A stretch of 64,000 bases of DNA from Convolutriloba macropyga. Lineage: Eukaryota. Both the position numbers and the translations under genes were made by a program. The stretch is from the NCBI RefSeq assembly GCF_964194025.1, contig NC_134472.1, forward strand, positions 57,288,001-57,352,000. Reading direction: 5' to 3'. Below the pieces are notes generated by a model. The model saw only the letters and a program-made list of their open reading frames with translations. It searched no databases and was not told where the DNA came from. Shown one piece after another: positions 40,981 to 54,130 of this stretch (within the stretch, counting starts at the first letter, position 1; every line of letters begins with the position of its first letter).

Positions 40981-43608
40981 TAGGGAGGCCGATAAATGAG
41001 CTTTATTTTGCGTTCCGAGTCTGCTTCTTTGGTTATGTTTAGACGCAAAGCTGGACGTTTTTAGCCATAATGCTCACACTAAAAGCACATCCACAAATGT
41101 TTAATCTCTCGAGGCAGTTGTGAGGGTAGGAAATTTGAATTTCAGTGATATTAGCTATCAGTGACAAATAAACGTTTCTCCAAAAAGGTTTAACATTCGA
41201 ATTTGAATCACATAGCTCCAGAATTTCAAAATAACAATTCTGTAAGAACTGATTGTTGAAAACCCGAGTTCTTGAAAGGTTTCTGAAGGATTCCAGAATT
41301 GAAAGTGTTATCATAAAATTTTCACTGGGTCCGAGTACTTCCTGATAAATGTGGCTCTGAGCGGTCAAATGAGACAAGGAAACTTGGCTATGAGTGTAAA
41401 CCATGGTTTCCAATGCGAACGATGGTCATTTGAAGATATTCAGAAAAAAGACATTTGACAATTTAAAAAATGAAAATAGCATGGATAACGAAAAACTATG
41501 TTCAAATAGTTTACCTGATAAAAAAATAAAGTGTACTGTTAAATTTAGGAAAAGCAATAAAAACAACACAATCAACACATCAAAACACTCCAACATAAGT
41601 GGCATATTTAAGATAATAATTTAAGATAACCCAATGAACCAAAACCTGATACACCTTGATAAGAAACATGCTAAATCTTGCCAAGATCTTGATATGGTAC
41701 TTGCCTTGAAGATATTAAGATTTGTACAAACTTTTAAGATCTTTGCTTGGGTACCAAGTCATAATATCTTGGCAAGAGAACCAAGAATGATTAATCATGA
41801 AATGGCACGATATACCAAGTTGTAAAAATTAAAAATCACCTTTAAACAAGATTTAGCACGAAAAAATGCATCAAGAATTATTATGATTTCTCGGAAAAAT
41901 CTGCTCTTGTTACTTTAGTAACCAACAATTGAGCCTAATTTTTCCAGTGTAATGAAATTTTTAAGTGGATGCAAGCTCGCTTTGTGTATAATACACAAAC
42001 ACAACTTCTACAGCATCTCCAACTAATACTAAACACAGAAAATTGATATGTAAAATGTTATTTAAATAACACAACTTTTCTAGCAGTTTTCCGATTCCTA
42101 CCGATTTTTTTTAATTAATCACAGTTGATACAGTTGTTACAGCAGGGGAGAACTACAAAAAATAGCAACAACAAAGAAAAACAAAAAAAAGTTATAGCAC
42201 ACTTTCTAATTCTCGAGAATTGAAGACTTTAGAGAGAATTTTTAGACAAAAAGATAATAGTTTAGTTAGAATTTTCCATTTCAAAATATTAGTTATTCAG
42301 CCTATTTCAATTGGGAGTTCTTTTAAGCTCATATAAAAGGCCAAAAACAATCCAACAATGTAAAATAGTAGCAAAACACGTTTCCAAATTCTAAAAACAG
42401 ATTTCGCTAAAAAAAACTTGTAAGCAAAATCCGATTAATTCGTTCAAGTATTTTGAAAGGACAAATAAAGCCGATTCTGAAGTTGAAATTTGAGTTAGGT
42501 CCGCAATTAAAATAAACCTAATTCGATTTTTGCGCACAAGTGAAATCCAAACGTCCGCTATCTTCTGAGGTCGGAAGAATTGTTGGCAGTGAATCCCGAT
42601 AACTTGTCCTATAAATTGGCCATAGAGCCATAGAGACAAGGAATCAGTCATTAAGCAGAATTAACTTTCCATCAAGTTAAACTAGTGTTTCACATATTTT
42701 ATGTGCAATTGTAAATTGAAACTAGAATGAAGTGAGATTGAAATTTATCTTGAAAGATATTCAAAATATTAAATTAAAATCAGAACAAAGATAGATAAAA
42801 TGGTAAATCTCAATTTTAAAAAAGACAGAAAATGTATATTCAAATCAAAAAGTGAGGTAAAATGTTAAGGAAAAAAATGTAATGATATTTTTCAATCGGA
42901 CGATTAAATGACAAGATCAAATTTGACATATATTCTATTTGAACACATGCGGAGTGGAACTTCGTCTTTCTGGAGGTTTAACTTATCAAAATCTCCAAAC
43001 TCAGGAACTTTATGAAAATTTATATTTTTCAGAATTTTCAATATTAATATTTCAAGCCCTGAGGTCTCCTTTTGAACTCACGTTCAAAGTTTAAAATCCA
43101 GTGCAGGGTTTTCAACTGACGTGCGACTCGCGATTTCGAAACCAAAACCTTTATCTCTGAGGGAGATCCGATTTAGCTAAAAAAAATTCGCTGTACCTCA
43201 TTGTGCCAATTCAAGCCGGCCAGCGTTGCGTTTTGAACTGAGACTTAAAAAGATATTTAAAAAATTAGTAGTAATAAAAATCATCAAGTTACTTTTGTGA
43301 TTTTTTAGACGTAAAACTAAAAAGATGGAAAAACCTTTAAAAACGGAAAACAAATCGATTGCTAAAACAATTTTAAACAATCCGAATACCTTAAGCGTTG
43401 TATCAAAAACTCAAATTCAATGTTTGGCTAAAAATTAAAAATAATTGACAATAGAATCACCTTTAGTTAACCGTGGAAAGTCAATGATTTTGAAGACTCA
43501 AAACAAAATCTTATATCTTATAGTATTTGCAAATCTCTTACATTTTTTATACATAAAAAGTGATACATCAAAAATAATTGTGCAAAATTTCTTATATAAC
43601 TAACAAAA

Positions 43609-46153
43609 TTATTGTTCCGACCCCTCTTGAGGGGGAGAGGAACTATATACTCAAATGGGGTTTTTTTGTTCAGTCAATTTTGGCCGATCGATATATTCAT
43701 TGTAGAGAGTTGAGACTGGAATCATTAGAAAGCTTGTCCAGCGTAGAATATGGAAATAAAAAGATTTTTTTGATTTTCCTTTTTAACAGGGAGATATCGA
43801 GGTTTAAATTTTCGAGAAAATAGAGTGAATTCCGTTGATTTCATTCACCATTTTTCGGAATCTTTGACGAAAATTTCGCCAATTTTGATAAAATTTAATA
43901 ACATTTTTCATGAAATGTTGTTGATTTTACGTTTAAAGACAAAATAATTTGTCGGCTATTTTCATTGATTTTTTTGTCACAAATTCCGGCTAGAAATTTC
44001 ACAAAATTCAGACTTTTTCATCAAAAACAGCACGAAATAAGTTTCTTTAGTCCACTTTGATTAAATTTGCAGGAAGCGCACACCCAAAAACCGCCAACAC
44101 AATATATTGTAGAATCAAAAGGGGGCTATTTCTACTTCAACTTCAGTTGAGAGTGCTCTGTAAATAAAACTTTGCCGTTTTTTGCTAACTTTATTCGTTG
44201 ATTATCAAAAACGCAGCATTTACTTCTGATTATTTAAAAAACAAAATATCTATATCAACGACATTCCAAAAATTAAATATTCCTAATAGAAAATTAATAC
44301 TAGCAGGACTAGTTCTGTACCAATCCTGGACCGTTACAAAACGAAAATAATTCGGATTGTCATCAGTCGGTTTTCTATAAAAAAAAAGTTCGATCTCTTT
44401 TATATTAATTAAAATATTTGATTTTTATATAAAAAATGGCGTATTGAACTTTGCCTCCATTTTTCTCCTACTTTGGTCAACTTGTAGCTTAGTGTCGGCA
44501 TTCAAAGAGTGCTCTTTCTTTCTGCTGAAATCAAATTTAGTCTTTATTGCGGTTTTACGCTTGAATTTATGGTGTTCTGGCTTTGATACTACTAGATTTC
44601 ACAAATTTTTTTTAAATTTTCAGGTATTTGCCCATTTTTCATGTTTTCTAATTTTGTCAATTTATCACGTTATTTTCGTTTCATATATCACATTTTTCGC
44701 GTTTAAAATAACGCACAATTGATAATATTTAAATCCTTTTATATATAGATTGTGGTTGTTTCGACAATACTTTCCCGAAGAATTTAATTGAATTTTTTAA
44801 TTTTGTCTTTAACTGTCGTTTTTACTTTGTCTTTTTAGTCGCATTTAAATTCCTGTACAATGACCCGGTTTGATTGGATTTTCCTGGAAGAGTAGATGAG
44901 CCGATGTTCTGATATTAGAAGGTAGATTATGGCTTTCATGACTTTGAAAACAATTGTTTTCGAAAATGAAAAAAAAAAAACATTTCAACTTGACAATTTG
45001 TTCTTTTATTGTCTGTTTGTTACCTCTCCTCGTTAGTTAAAGGTTAAATATGACATTTTTTGTCAAGGGAAGATGTCAAAAGGGATTGGTGTCACAAAAT
45101 CTAATGTTTTTAAAGAATTCGTTTTGAATTTACTGGCTTCGACACGGGTTTTTCACAAAAAAAGTAAATTAATTTTTGATTTTTGTCATATTTGACGTTC
45201 TTTTTGTAGACGTAAGACATGTTCTGGTTATTTGCAGGTCTCAAGGGCTTCTTTTGGAAGAATAAATGAACCTAATCATCTTTTTCATTCTGTAAGTAAT
45301 GGCTTTCATGTCTTTGGAAATAAATTTTTTTCGAAAGAAAACAAGTGTTACATAATTTTGCATTTTTTTCTTTTTTGTCTAATTGTTGCTCATTTTCATT
45401 AAAGAGCGGCCAAATAATACAGTATCGGTGTTCGAAGAAGGTGCAATGGAACATATTTTGGGGGCCAAAGTAAGGCTTTACGGCTTCCAACGCATTTTCT
45501 GGCAAGTTTTAATTGATTTTTAGTTTGTTGTCTATTTGTTGTTCTTTTTGTAACTGCATAAAAAATTGAAAACCAAGAGTTCTTAATTCCCTTCTATAGA
45601 AGCATCGGTAATTGTAAACCTATGGGATATTTTAGTTGATTCCTAATGGTTTTCATTACTTTGAATTTAATTGTTTTTTTAAATTCAGCGAATTTTCTAA
45701 CTTAAAAGTTTCTGTTCTTTTTTGTCTAATTGCTACCAAGCTTTATTATGAACTGGAGAATAACCATTTTTTTCTGATGAATTACAAGTTATTTTGTTTA
45801 TTTTCAGTTTTATCTGACGCTATTTTGTCTTTGTTTTTAGGTTTTGTTGTTTAAAACGGACATAAATTTTTTGATGTAATTAATGTTTGTTGTTGTTGTT
45901 TGATTTTGCCGTTCGTGTTCGCTCGCTTTCTTAATATCGGCATATCTCATCAATCTAATGCATCATTTTTTACTCCACTGAGTTATTTGCTTTGGAGGCT
46001 ATCTTTTCGTTCATACACCAGTTTTTTTTTAATAATACTTGAATTTTTTGTGTTTTTCTATCTGTTCCTCATTTGGTAGACAATTATACCGAAATTGTGG
46101 ATGAGCGGGGTCGGAACCTTATGTGCGATCGCACATTACCATGCCGCCTTGTT
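43609..46153 (+). mobile_element. HINE/DINE-1-like element family A, copy 4 (best preserved)
   Basis: Perfect 11-bp subterminal inverted repeats GTTCCGACCCC (43614-43624) / GGGGTCGGAAC (46107-46117); 5' foldback GTTCC..CCCTC-tt-GAGGG..GGAAC; 3' palindrome ATGTGCGATCGCACAT (46121-46136); TT at both boundaries, no longer TSD. Confidence 0.87.
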
Positions 46154-46995
46154 TCTGTAAAACTTGAGTTCTTTTTCCATATAATTGAGACAAAGTATGA
46201 ATTGTGCTGTAAAATTTTGTGTGAAGAACTTTCTTTCAATTTTTTGTTTCACTATAACGTTTGGTTGCTATGAAGTTGAAAAAGAATTGGATTGTGCAAA
46301 ACATGACTATTAACTCCAATTAACTATCCAATTAAATTGATTTTTGTTAGCTTAACTTATTAAAAAATATATTAAAAGATGACTCAAATCGAGATGGCTC
46401 TCTCATTGTATGTTATCAAAGGTCACAGCCTTTCCTTTTGACCATTGTCTTATGGTACCAATAAAAACCCAGAATTTGAAAATCGAAACGTAGGAATCTG
46501 GAGGAACTAAAATTATTTTAAAAAAGCACTTTCTAATTGATGGCTACAATTGAAAATCTCTTTTAGGATCGTGACAGTAGAAAAATAAATGTTTGTTTGG
46601 GATATAGATTGTTGCTCGGAATCGGTAGTTGAGATGTTCGCTTATCAAAAGACCATAGGCGACCAATTAGGGACATTGAAAATTTATACACAACCAAAAT
46701 AGGGTTTAAAAGCCTTAAATTAAGGCAGACCGAAAAACTACGTGCTACACTTCGGAGGGAATGAGAAAAGATAATAAATTAGCCCATGAAATGGTAATAA
46801 ATTAGCCCAAACTGACTATGACACTATGATCTGCCTGTTTTTGTCTAATTTGTTGGCATAGTCTCAAAAGTGGTGGAACTATACCTGACAATTTTTATAT
46901 ACCATTAAAAGAATGAAAAGAATCAATTGACTGGTACAATCTACCGGGGAAATGGAAACAGTTCTAGGTACTGACAAGTGCTTCTGCATTTTCAG

Positions 46996-47408
46996 CTTCA
47001 ACTTCGAATGATTTGACGTGGATGAGCCAACTTGACGATGATAAATATATCTCCCAAGTGACTATTCCAGGCACTCACGACACAGCTGCCAACTTCAGAA
47101 ACTCACACCTGTGCACCATCTTCTGCTGGTGTCAAAATCTGTCAATTCCAGAACAACTGGATTCCGGAGTCCGGTTTCTTGACATCCGACTGAACCACTA
47201 CCACAACATGCTCCGGATAACACATGAGTTCATCTATCTCAACATGAATTTTTCGCATGTGTTGGATGAAATTGGTGAGTTTTTCAAAAAGGGACCGAAA
47301 GAGACAATTGTGATGAGGTATCGCGAAGAGTATAAGGACATTGATTGCAATAGAAGCTTCTCAGATACACTTCAGACGTATTTGGACAAATATTCAGGGC
47401 TCTTTTGG
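46996..47408 (+). CDS. Exon-like ORF: N-terminal half of a bacterial-type 1-phosphatidylinositol phosphodiesterase (PI-PLC X domain)
   Basis: WMSQL...TIPGTHDT, CQNLSIPEQLDSGVRFLDIR, LRITH, F..VLDEI..F..GPKETIVMRYREEY follow the Bacillus/Listeria-type PI-PLC motif order with both catalytic His and the conserved Arg; stop-free; preceded by CTGAC...TTTTCAG acceptor (AG at 46994-46995). Similarity ends at ...YSGLFW; the rest of ORF 47013-47570 looks like read-through. Confidence 0.9.
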
Positions 47409-49899
47409 TTCTTTTTAGTTTTGTCGAAATTTTTGTACAGGATTTTGGGTTCTTTGTGCCAGGATTTTGTTTTTTCCCGATGTACAGAAACCCATTCTTA
47501 TAGTGAGCATAAAGCGTATATCCCTCTCCCTACGCACACAATTCCCCCCCCCACATTTATAATTGGTTAACATTTAAGCCATTTTATAGATTTATCATTG
47601 GCATGTAAAAAAGTCAAGAGTGAAGTTTTGGAATTCTTATATTTATGACTATACAATGTTGAAAATGACGTTAGCATTTTGAAAAAATAAGTGATTAACT
47701 TGTTCGTTGTTATTGGCCGCAAAAAATGGTTCCATTGATTAAAATTTTCCTGCTCCTCCCCTTCCAAAAATTGCTTGTTTCGGAGGAGGAGGAGCGCGAA
47801 CATATTTCATGAACATGGCTAGGGTGGGGCATCCATGAGCTAGGGGTGGGCAAAAGATCCCATATTCATTCTGGGTTTTTGTGAACAACAGTAAAAAATG
47901 CTTCAATTAGCTCCAATTAATTTAAATTGGAAAACAAAATTTCTGGAGAGTCATCTTATTAATAAGTCCTAATTTGCGATTGGTCTTCTTAACCCGCAAT
48001 TGGTAATGCTAGAGCCTTTAATGCCCTTATTTAAAAATTCGAATTTCTTTCAATCAAATTCAAACTTTGTTAAGAGCAATTGCTGAAAAGAGTAACAAAT
48101 TCAATTAGTTTACTCGAGGGAAGTAATTCTTGTGGCCATAACAACAGTTGCATAATTTATCGATGGATTATTTTTCATAAAATGTTGTTGCTACATTCTC
48201 AATCCAGAGCTGTCAGTTTTCTCGGATTTGTGATCTAGTCTCCGCGTTAGTTAATCGGTAGGTTGTGCTATTTTTGTTTTCACATTAAGTACTGTAAGTA
48301 ATTTAATCGGCCTCATAGTGGCGTAATTCATTAACAGTAAAATTTGATAGAACAGCTTGCCGTAGGGTTGTAATTGCTCTCTACAATTTACTCAAAGACT
48401 AAGAGATTGACATATTCTCGATTGCGGCAACCAAACACAAAAAACATAGGCGCATTTTTTACAAACTTCAGTAAAAGTGGCAACTGTGCAAATTGTAACC
48501 GCACAATAATCAAGTACAACAAACCAAAACTGAATCAGTTGGCCAGATATCACATAGTGATTTTGTTTGGTAGTAAGCAAGGGAGATTGGCGAATCTGGC
48601 AACACAGTTTATTGGCTACAAAGATGCATTTCTATAGCAAAGCATCGGCAATTTTTTATACAGGTTTCATTTAGAAATGTTGAAACTAACATGAAAAACA
48701 AATGCGTTGTTACATGGTATTTAAAAATTTCGCAGGGTCTACATCTAAATTACAAAAAAATGCTATTGTTGGAGCTTAGCTTGTGTAGGAAAGAAAAAAT
48801 CATTATACAAAACTGAAAGAGGATAGCTCAATTGTAAGTGGCTTTTATCTTGATCACTTTAATTTCGACATTTTTTTGTGTCATAGCAACAATATACGTC
48901 AAAGTAGTAACTTTAATTAAAATTAAAATTATATTCTCTTGATAAAAGGAAAAACTGAGAGGAAAACAGCAAAAAGAACTCCTCTAAACAACAATAGCCT
49001 CAAAAAAGTGCTCTCTTCCTAAAACTCAGCATAACTTTTGCAAAAATAAACGAGCTTTAGCTGTAAATAACGTGTTTCTGTGTCTTGTACTCTATAAGAT
49101 CTAGGTTAACGTTTATGTGTTCTGTGTTATTAAATCTTCTTTAGCAGTAATTTATATTTTACTGTGTCCAGTATCTAAAAGTTACTTGAGCTGCAGATCA
49201 ACTATACTACTCCCATTTTCTGTTGCTTCCTAACTTCTTCAATTTCATGAAAACGAAGAGTGAATTTTGATTCGAATTAGGGTTTGAAAGACGTTTGCTT
49301 AAACTTACGTCTTTGTCTTCAATTTGTTTCCTTAACAGAATGAAATGATATAGAAAAAAAAAGATCTATTGTGTGAAAAGCTTCAAAACCCAGTCCCAAT
49401 GGATGCAAAAAGAATATAAGAAAATAACAATAACGGAAAGACATAGCGGAGCTACAGTTAACAAATCGAAATTTGGAAGCTAATTTTTCGGTCAGATTTG
49501 GAACAGCTAAAACAAACTGGGTGGTGTGAGTGCTTTTGTGGTCATCACAAATGATTGTGAGAACAGCCGTTGTTTTTGGTCCACCTGCCCAGACAGTGCC
49601 TTAAAAATGCTGTCCAATGTAACGAGGCGCTTTTTAAGTCACCTTTGTTCCTGTACGAGACAAGACCATCACTAAGGCATCTAACTCTAGTATAAATTGC
49701 ATATTGAATTGAAACAATCACAGAATTGTAGCTACCTGGAAAATCAGAAGAAGGTCTTCTTTGGGTAACTTTGAGTGGCCCCACGCGAAAGGTGCGGTGT
49801 AATTTAAGAAGTCATTGGACCAGCAAATTCACAACAGTATTTTGACAGATGTAAGCAATCAACAATCGCTTTCAAAAGCTCCTTAAAAAGGAAATGAAT

Positions 49900-52800
49900 T
49901 GAATTGATTTTGTTTGGTGATCATAAAACCTATCAAAAAAGCTATTCAACGACTTAATTGAAGAGACAAAGAAGTTTTTCAAATCATCAAAGCCATTAAA
50001 CTTTTCAGACCAATGAAAGAAGAACCCTCTACAAATAACCGATAAGGAAATCTCTGTCGATCAATGGGGAAGGTGAATAAGAGCTTTTTTAACGGGTTAA
50101 AAATGCTCCAGCGAAATTTCAAAGAAAGCAGGGAAACTTGCTTTTTTGGAGAATGGAGTTCCCCTTCAGGAAAATGGAGTTCGAAATGAAGCGAAAAATG
50201 TCTGAGCTAGAGCTGCAAAGTGAGTACAAACATTTAACCAATTAAAACCACCAAAATATTGAGCTCGAACTGAGGAGATGATCCTGCACCAAAATTACGC
50301 AGTCGCTCCCCATTCAAACACAAATAATCAAAAAGCCGAGATGTATCTTCACTGACTGCCGAATCAGACAAACCTGAGAAAACATACAACTACCTATGAA
50401 AGCGTTCTTGAAATGAACCAGAGAAAGCTTAACCGCGGGTATCATTTGATGCCAAGTTGTCATGCAAATCAACTTACCGATCCTAAAATAGAGAGCCTTT
50501 CAGTTTAACAAACTCTTGCACGACAATAACAGTGGAAGGCATTTCACTAAAAAAACTTAAGCTGAGCATTTTTGATAGAAATCACTGGATTGACCAGATT
50601 AATCAGTAATGCTATTTGCTGCCGTGCTTCGACGTAACGTTATTGGAATTGAGGAGTAATGCCCCTTGAAAACGCTCTTATGTGGTTAGTTCAAACCAAT
50701 CATATCGGCCATGAGTTATTCGGGGTCATTATGCACTCCAACTTGTTCACTTCTACACTACTAGAATAAAAAATTGTCCGCTTAAATCAGATAGTTGACG
50801 CTCAACTTTAGAGCTTACGTCAACAACAGCCAATAAAATCCAATGATTCGCTTGATTTAATTATTTACTCAGTTAGATTGAGCAACTTCGTTAATGTTTT
50901 AGAGTGGAAAATTGATGACGGCGATCAATAATCAAACGCTACAATTCACCTTGCAAAGATAATCAGCCACCAAATATCGAAGAAACACTTGATCTGTTTA
51001 TTCTTAAAAAATGTTACAAATGCATTTGTGCATGAAGGGCTATTGGCGTTTTAAAGAAAGCGCAAACAAGAATACAATCCAATACAAAAAAGAAAAGTTG
51101 TCGAAGCCATGGAGCATTGAAGCATTTCGAATGCCAAAGAACCTTTATAGCACAAAACGTTCATTGTCCACTAGCTCAAGGCACTCATATTATTTGAACT
51201 CTCAAGTGCACTCAGTGTTTGAACTAGTATTTGAAAGAATATGAAAGTCGCTTATTGGTAAGCAGCAGTGAGAAGACAATGCATATGTTATGGATGCCTG
51301 GGAAAGGATCATGTTATCATAGATTGCAGAGTCAACGCATGCAGTTTTATGGGACGAACGAAAAAGCAAAATCGATGGCATTACACATAACCAAACGGAT
51401 GAGTGCAATCACGCATTCAACGTAGGTGCAGCAGCAGTAAGCCACATTAACGAAAACAAAAGTTTCCTCCAGATATTAATGTCTATATTGAGAGAATGAA
51501 GTTGACGTGATACATATATTTTTATTGATGGGGGATCAAATATATCATTGACTGATCAAAACAGAAATTGCTAGCCCCAGGCACTGAGGTGGCGCCTAAA
51601 CTAGCTGTCATACAAGGAACTAAGGGTCTGAAAACAAAAAGCATTCCTCTAAAAATGAGGGCTTTGCATTTAAAAACAATTAATTCGCTTTATTCGTTTG
51701 ACAATAATTAGTATAATTGGTAACTACATGCTATGAAAACAACAAACTGAAACGAAGTTACCACCGCTGGAATTTCCTCCCAAACATCAACTTTCATTTA
51801 ATGGAAAATGGCATTATTTCAGATCAACATGCGTATAAACAACATGGACAATTGGACTACAGAATAAGAACACAAAGTGAAGATTTCGCTGTCATTAAAG
51901 CATTAGGATCTGCATTCAGTGGACCCATGAAAGGCAAGAGAAAAAGACGATTGTGATTTTCCCCGAACCGAGGACTGGAAAATGGACGAAAATGACCAAC
52001 CTTAGTGAGACAAAGTAAATTATGCATGCTTCCGGAACAAACGCATTTATGCAGCCAAGAAAGAACTAAAGCAATGAAGAGTTTCGGAAGTACGACAAAA
52101 TTAACACGCGAAGGATATCAGTTTGGAATGTTTTTAAGTTATCCAGCCGACACCAGCAAACAACCAGAGCTCAAACTTCGGTCAGAATTAGTTATTGGAG
52201 AGAAGAATTCAAAATTCTCAAGACCTAAGATCCTGCATCGACAGTTCAAATTCACAGGCGTAGAAAAAAATTATGCATTTTGTGAACAAATCAAAATTCG
52301 GAAGTAGTTTTGAGATGGAATCGTATTTACCGCACCATCTATTGCTATAACAGAACAAACGAAACAAACCTGTCGTGTTCGTAACACAGCATCAAAAATA
52401 AAGATTCCTCCCTAAACGACAAGCAAATATCGGGTCGTGATTAATTATATGGGATGATTGGAACAAATCTAATAATTCGTGAAGGATCAATAGCCTTGGC
52501 GGCCGATAGCGAATCAAAGCTTCTCCAACAGCCAGTTCTCGAACAAGACAGGTGATTCTTCAAATCATTGACCAGTGAAAAAAAGTACAAGTAACAGCGC
52601 CACATTATTTGAAGCAAACTTTTAACCAAGGTTCGCTAACTGTCTAAAATCTTCGCATCAACAATGCAGAGTAATGTTTGATCGCAGCAGAAGCATTTCA
52701 CAACAACTTCTACATGAAGTCAATCAAATCTTTAGACCTTTAGAAACATCAAGAGAAGCTGTTGAAGAGTTCAATAAGCAACAAAATCTTCTCTCAAAGC

Positions 52801-54130
52801 ACTTATTTGAGTTGAGTAAATAGATAGTATAGTCATCAATGATGAAGTGTACGCAGCAATCCGCAACTCCTAATATCATTGTGCAAAAGGAAACATGTTG
52901 ATTATTAGACAAATAAAGCGGAATAATCTGTATCTTTGATCCAATAGAATGATGCTTACGATAGTCTTAAGGTGTGCTGATATTTCACCATATAAAATGA
53001 CACTCCCTTAGCCAAATGAAAGTCATGTCTTGATATCGTCAGTATTTGAGGCAATCAGATTATTTGCTCTATTCAATGTTCACTTGAGACGACTTCTGGA
53101 GAACATCTGGACTAAAAAGGACAGCCGTGGGACAACGAAGTTGCCTTCAGTAAGGGAGCAGAAATCTTAAACTGGATGGAACATTTTTCTATTGTACAAA
53201 TTTTTTATTGCATATTTTCCATTGATATAATCTTGTTGTCAAATTTTTCTGGTCCAACAGTCACAAGAACAATTTTCATCAGAATACTGAACATGTGAAA
53301 AGTCTTGCTAAGAAAAGTTTCCTAATTATTGGCGTAAGAAAAACCTTGCCCTCAACTTGCCAAAAGTGCGCAGCCAATCTACCTGCAAAATATGAATTGG
53401 AATGTTTTGAAACATTAAAAATGAGCGAAAAATAAAAATCCGATTGTGTTTTTGTTCCAATGTGTGACAGTACAAGCCGTACATATAACGCCATTATGCA
53501 GTCCACAGATCGTAAAAACAAAGCAATAAAAATCGTGGACAACAATGTTCATTTCGTTTGCGCAAAAAGGAGTTCAAAATTTATGTCGCAGCATGAAACA
53601 AAAAGAAGATCGAGCAACATTGGGTACAGCAAGAGACCAGATATTACTTCAATTCTACCGCCAGGGACGCTTTTCTTGGGAATACTGTGAGAACGATTGG
53701 TCATGAGTTTTAGGAAACCAATGTTTGCAGTGTAAGGGAGCCAAATAATTGCGGAAGATGCTGTTTCGACCGCAATGTGTATTGTTAAACAAACATGAAT
53801 ACAGGACATTTGATATCAACCCGCTCAGATATAAACAGCTTGGACTCTTTTACCCGGAACTTTTTTTAACCACAATCTATCTTCCATACTTAATCACAAC
53901 AAACTCCGCTTTGATTTGGGAAACTTCGAAAAAAGTGACAATTTTTAACAATTATCACAAGCAGAAATCTCAAACCAACGAAAATCGCAGAGAGACATAT
54001 CTCGTTTGGTTGACCAAAGACAGTGAAAAACGAGGTTATTACAATCTAGATCAAGTTAACAAAAACCAGTGAACATTTTGACGCAGTTATTCAATCTGCA
54101 ACGAGTTAAACAAAAAATGGGGTAAAAAGC
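49900..54130 (+). mobile_element. Highly degenerate BEL/Pao LTR retrotransposon (internal region)
   Basis: Manual translation: KLKLSIFD (~50553, DUF1759-like gag); TYIFIDGGSNISL (51512, protease); LDYRIRTQSEDFAVIKALGSAFSGPM; YLPHH (~52324); LNDKQISGRD*LYGMIGTNLIIREGSIALAADSESKLLQ (~52412, RT); PPGTLFLGIL*ERLVMSFRK (~53658, integrase); LVWLTKDSEKRGYYNL (~54001, DUF5641-like). LTRs not identified; boundaries approximate. Confidence 0.88.

Noticed and set aside
44335-44375. CTGATGA cores (also 10588, 12511, 25782, 34841) as hammerhead ribozymes
   Set aside because: No stem II followed by GAAA and no closing stems found by eye; an Infernal search would be decisive.
47409-47570. C-terminal 54 codons of ORF 47013-47570 as part of the PI-PLC
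   Set aside because: T-rich low-complexity sequence without PI-PLC motifs; likely intron or unrelated flank.
48700-49900. 5' LTR of the BEL/Pao element
   Set aside because: No matching direct repeat found after 54130; termini and TSD could not be defined.
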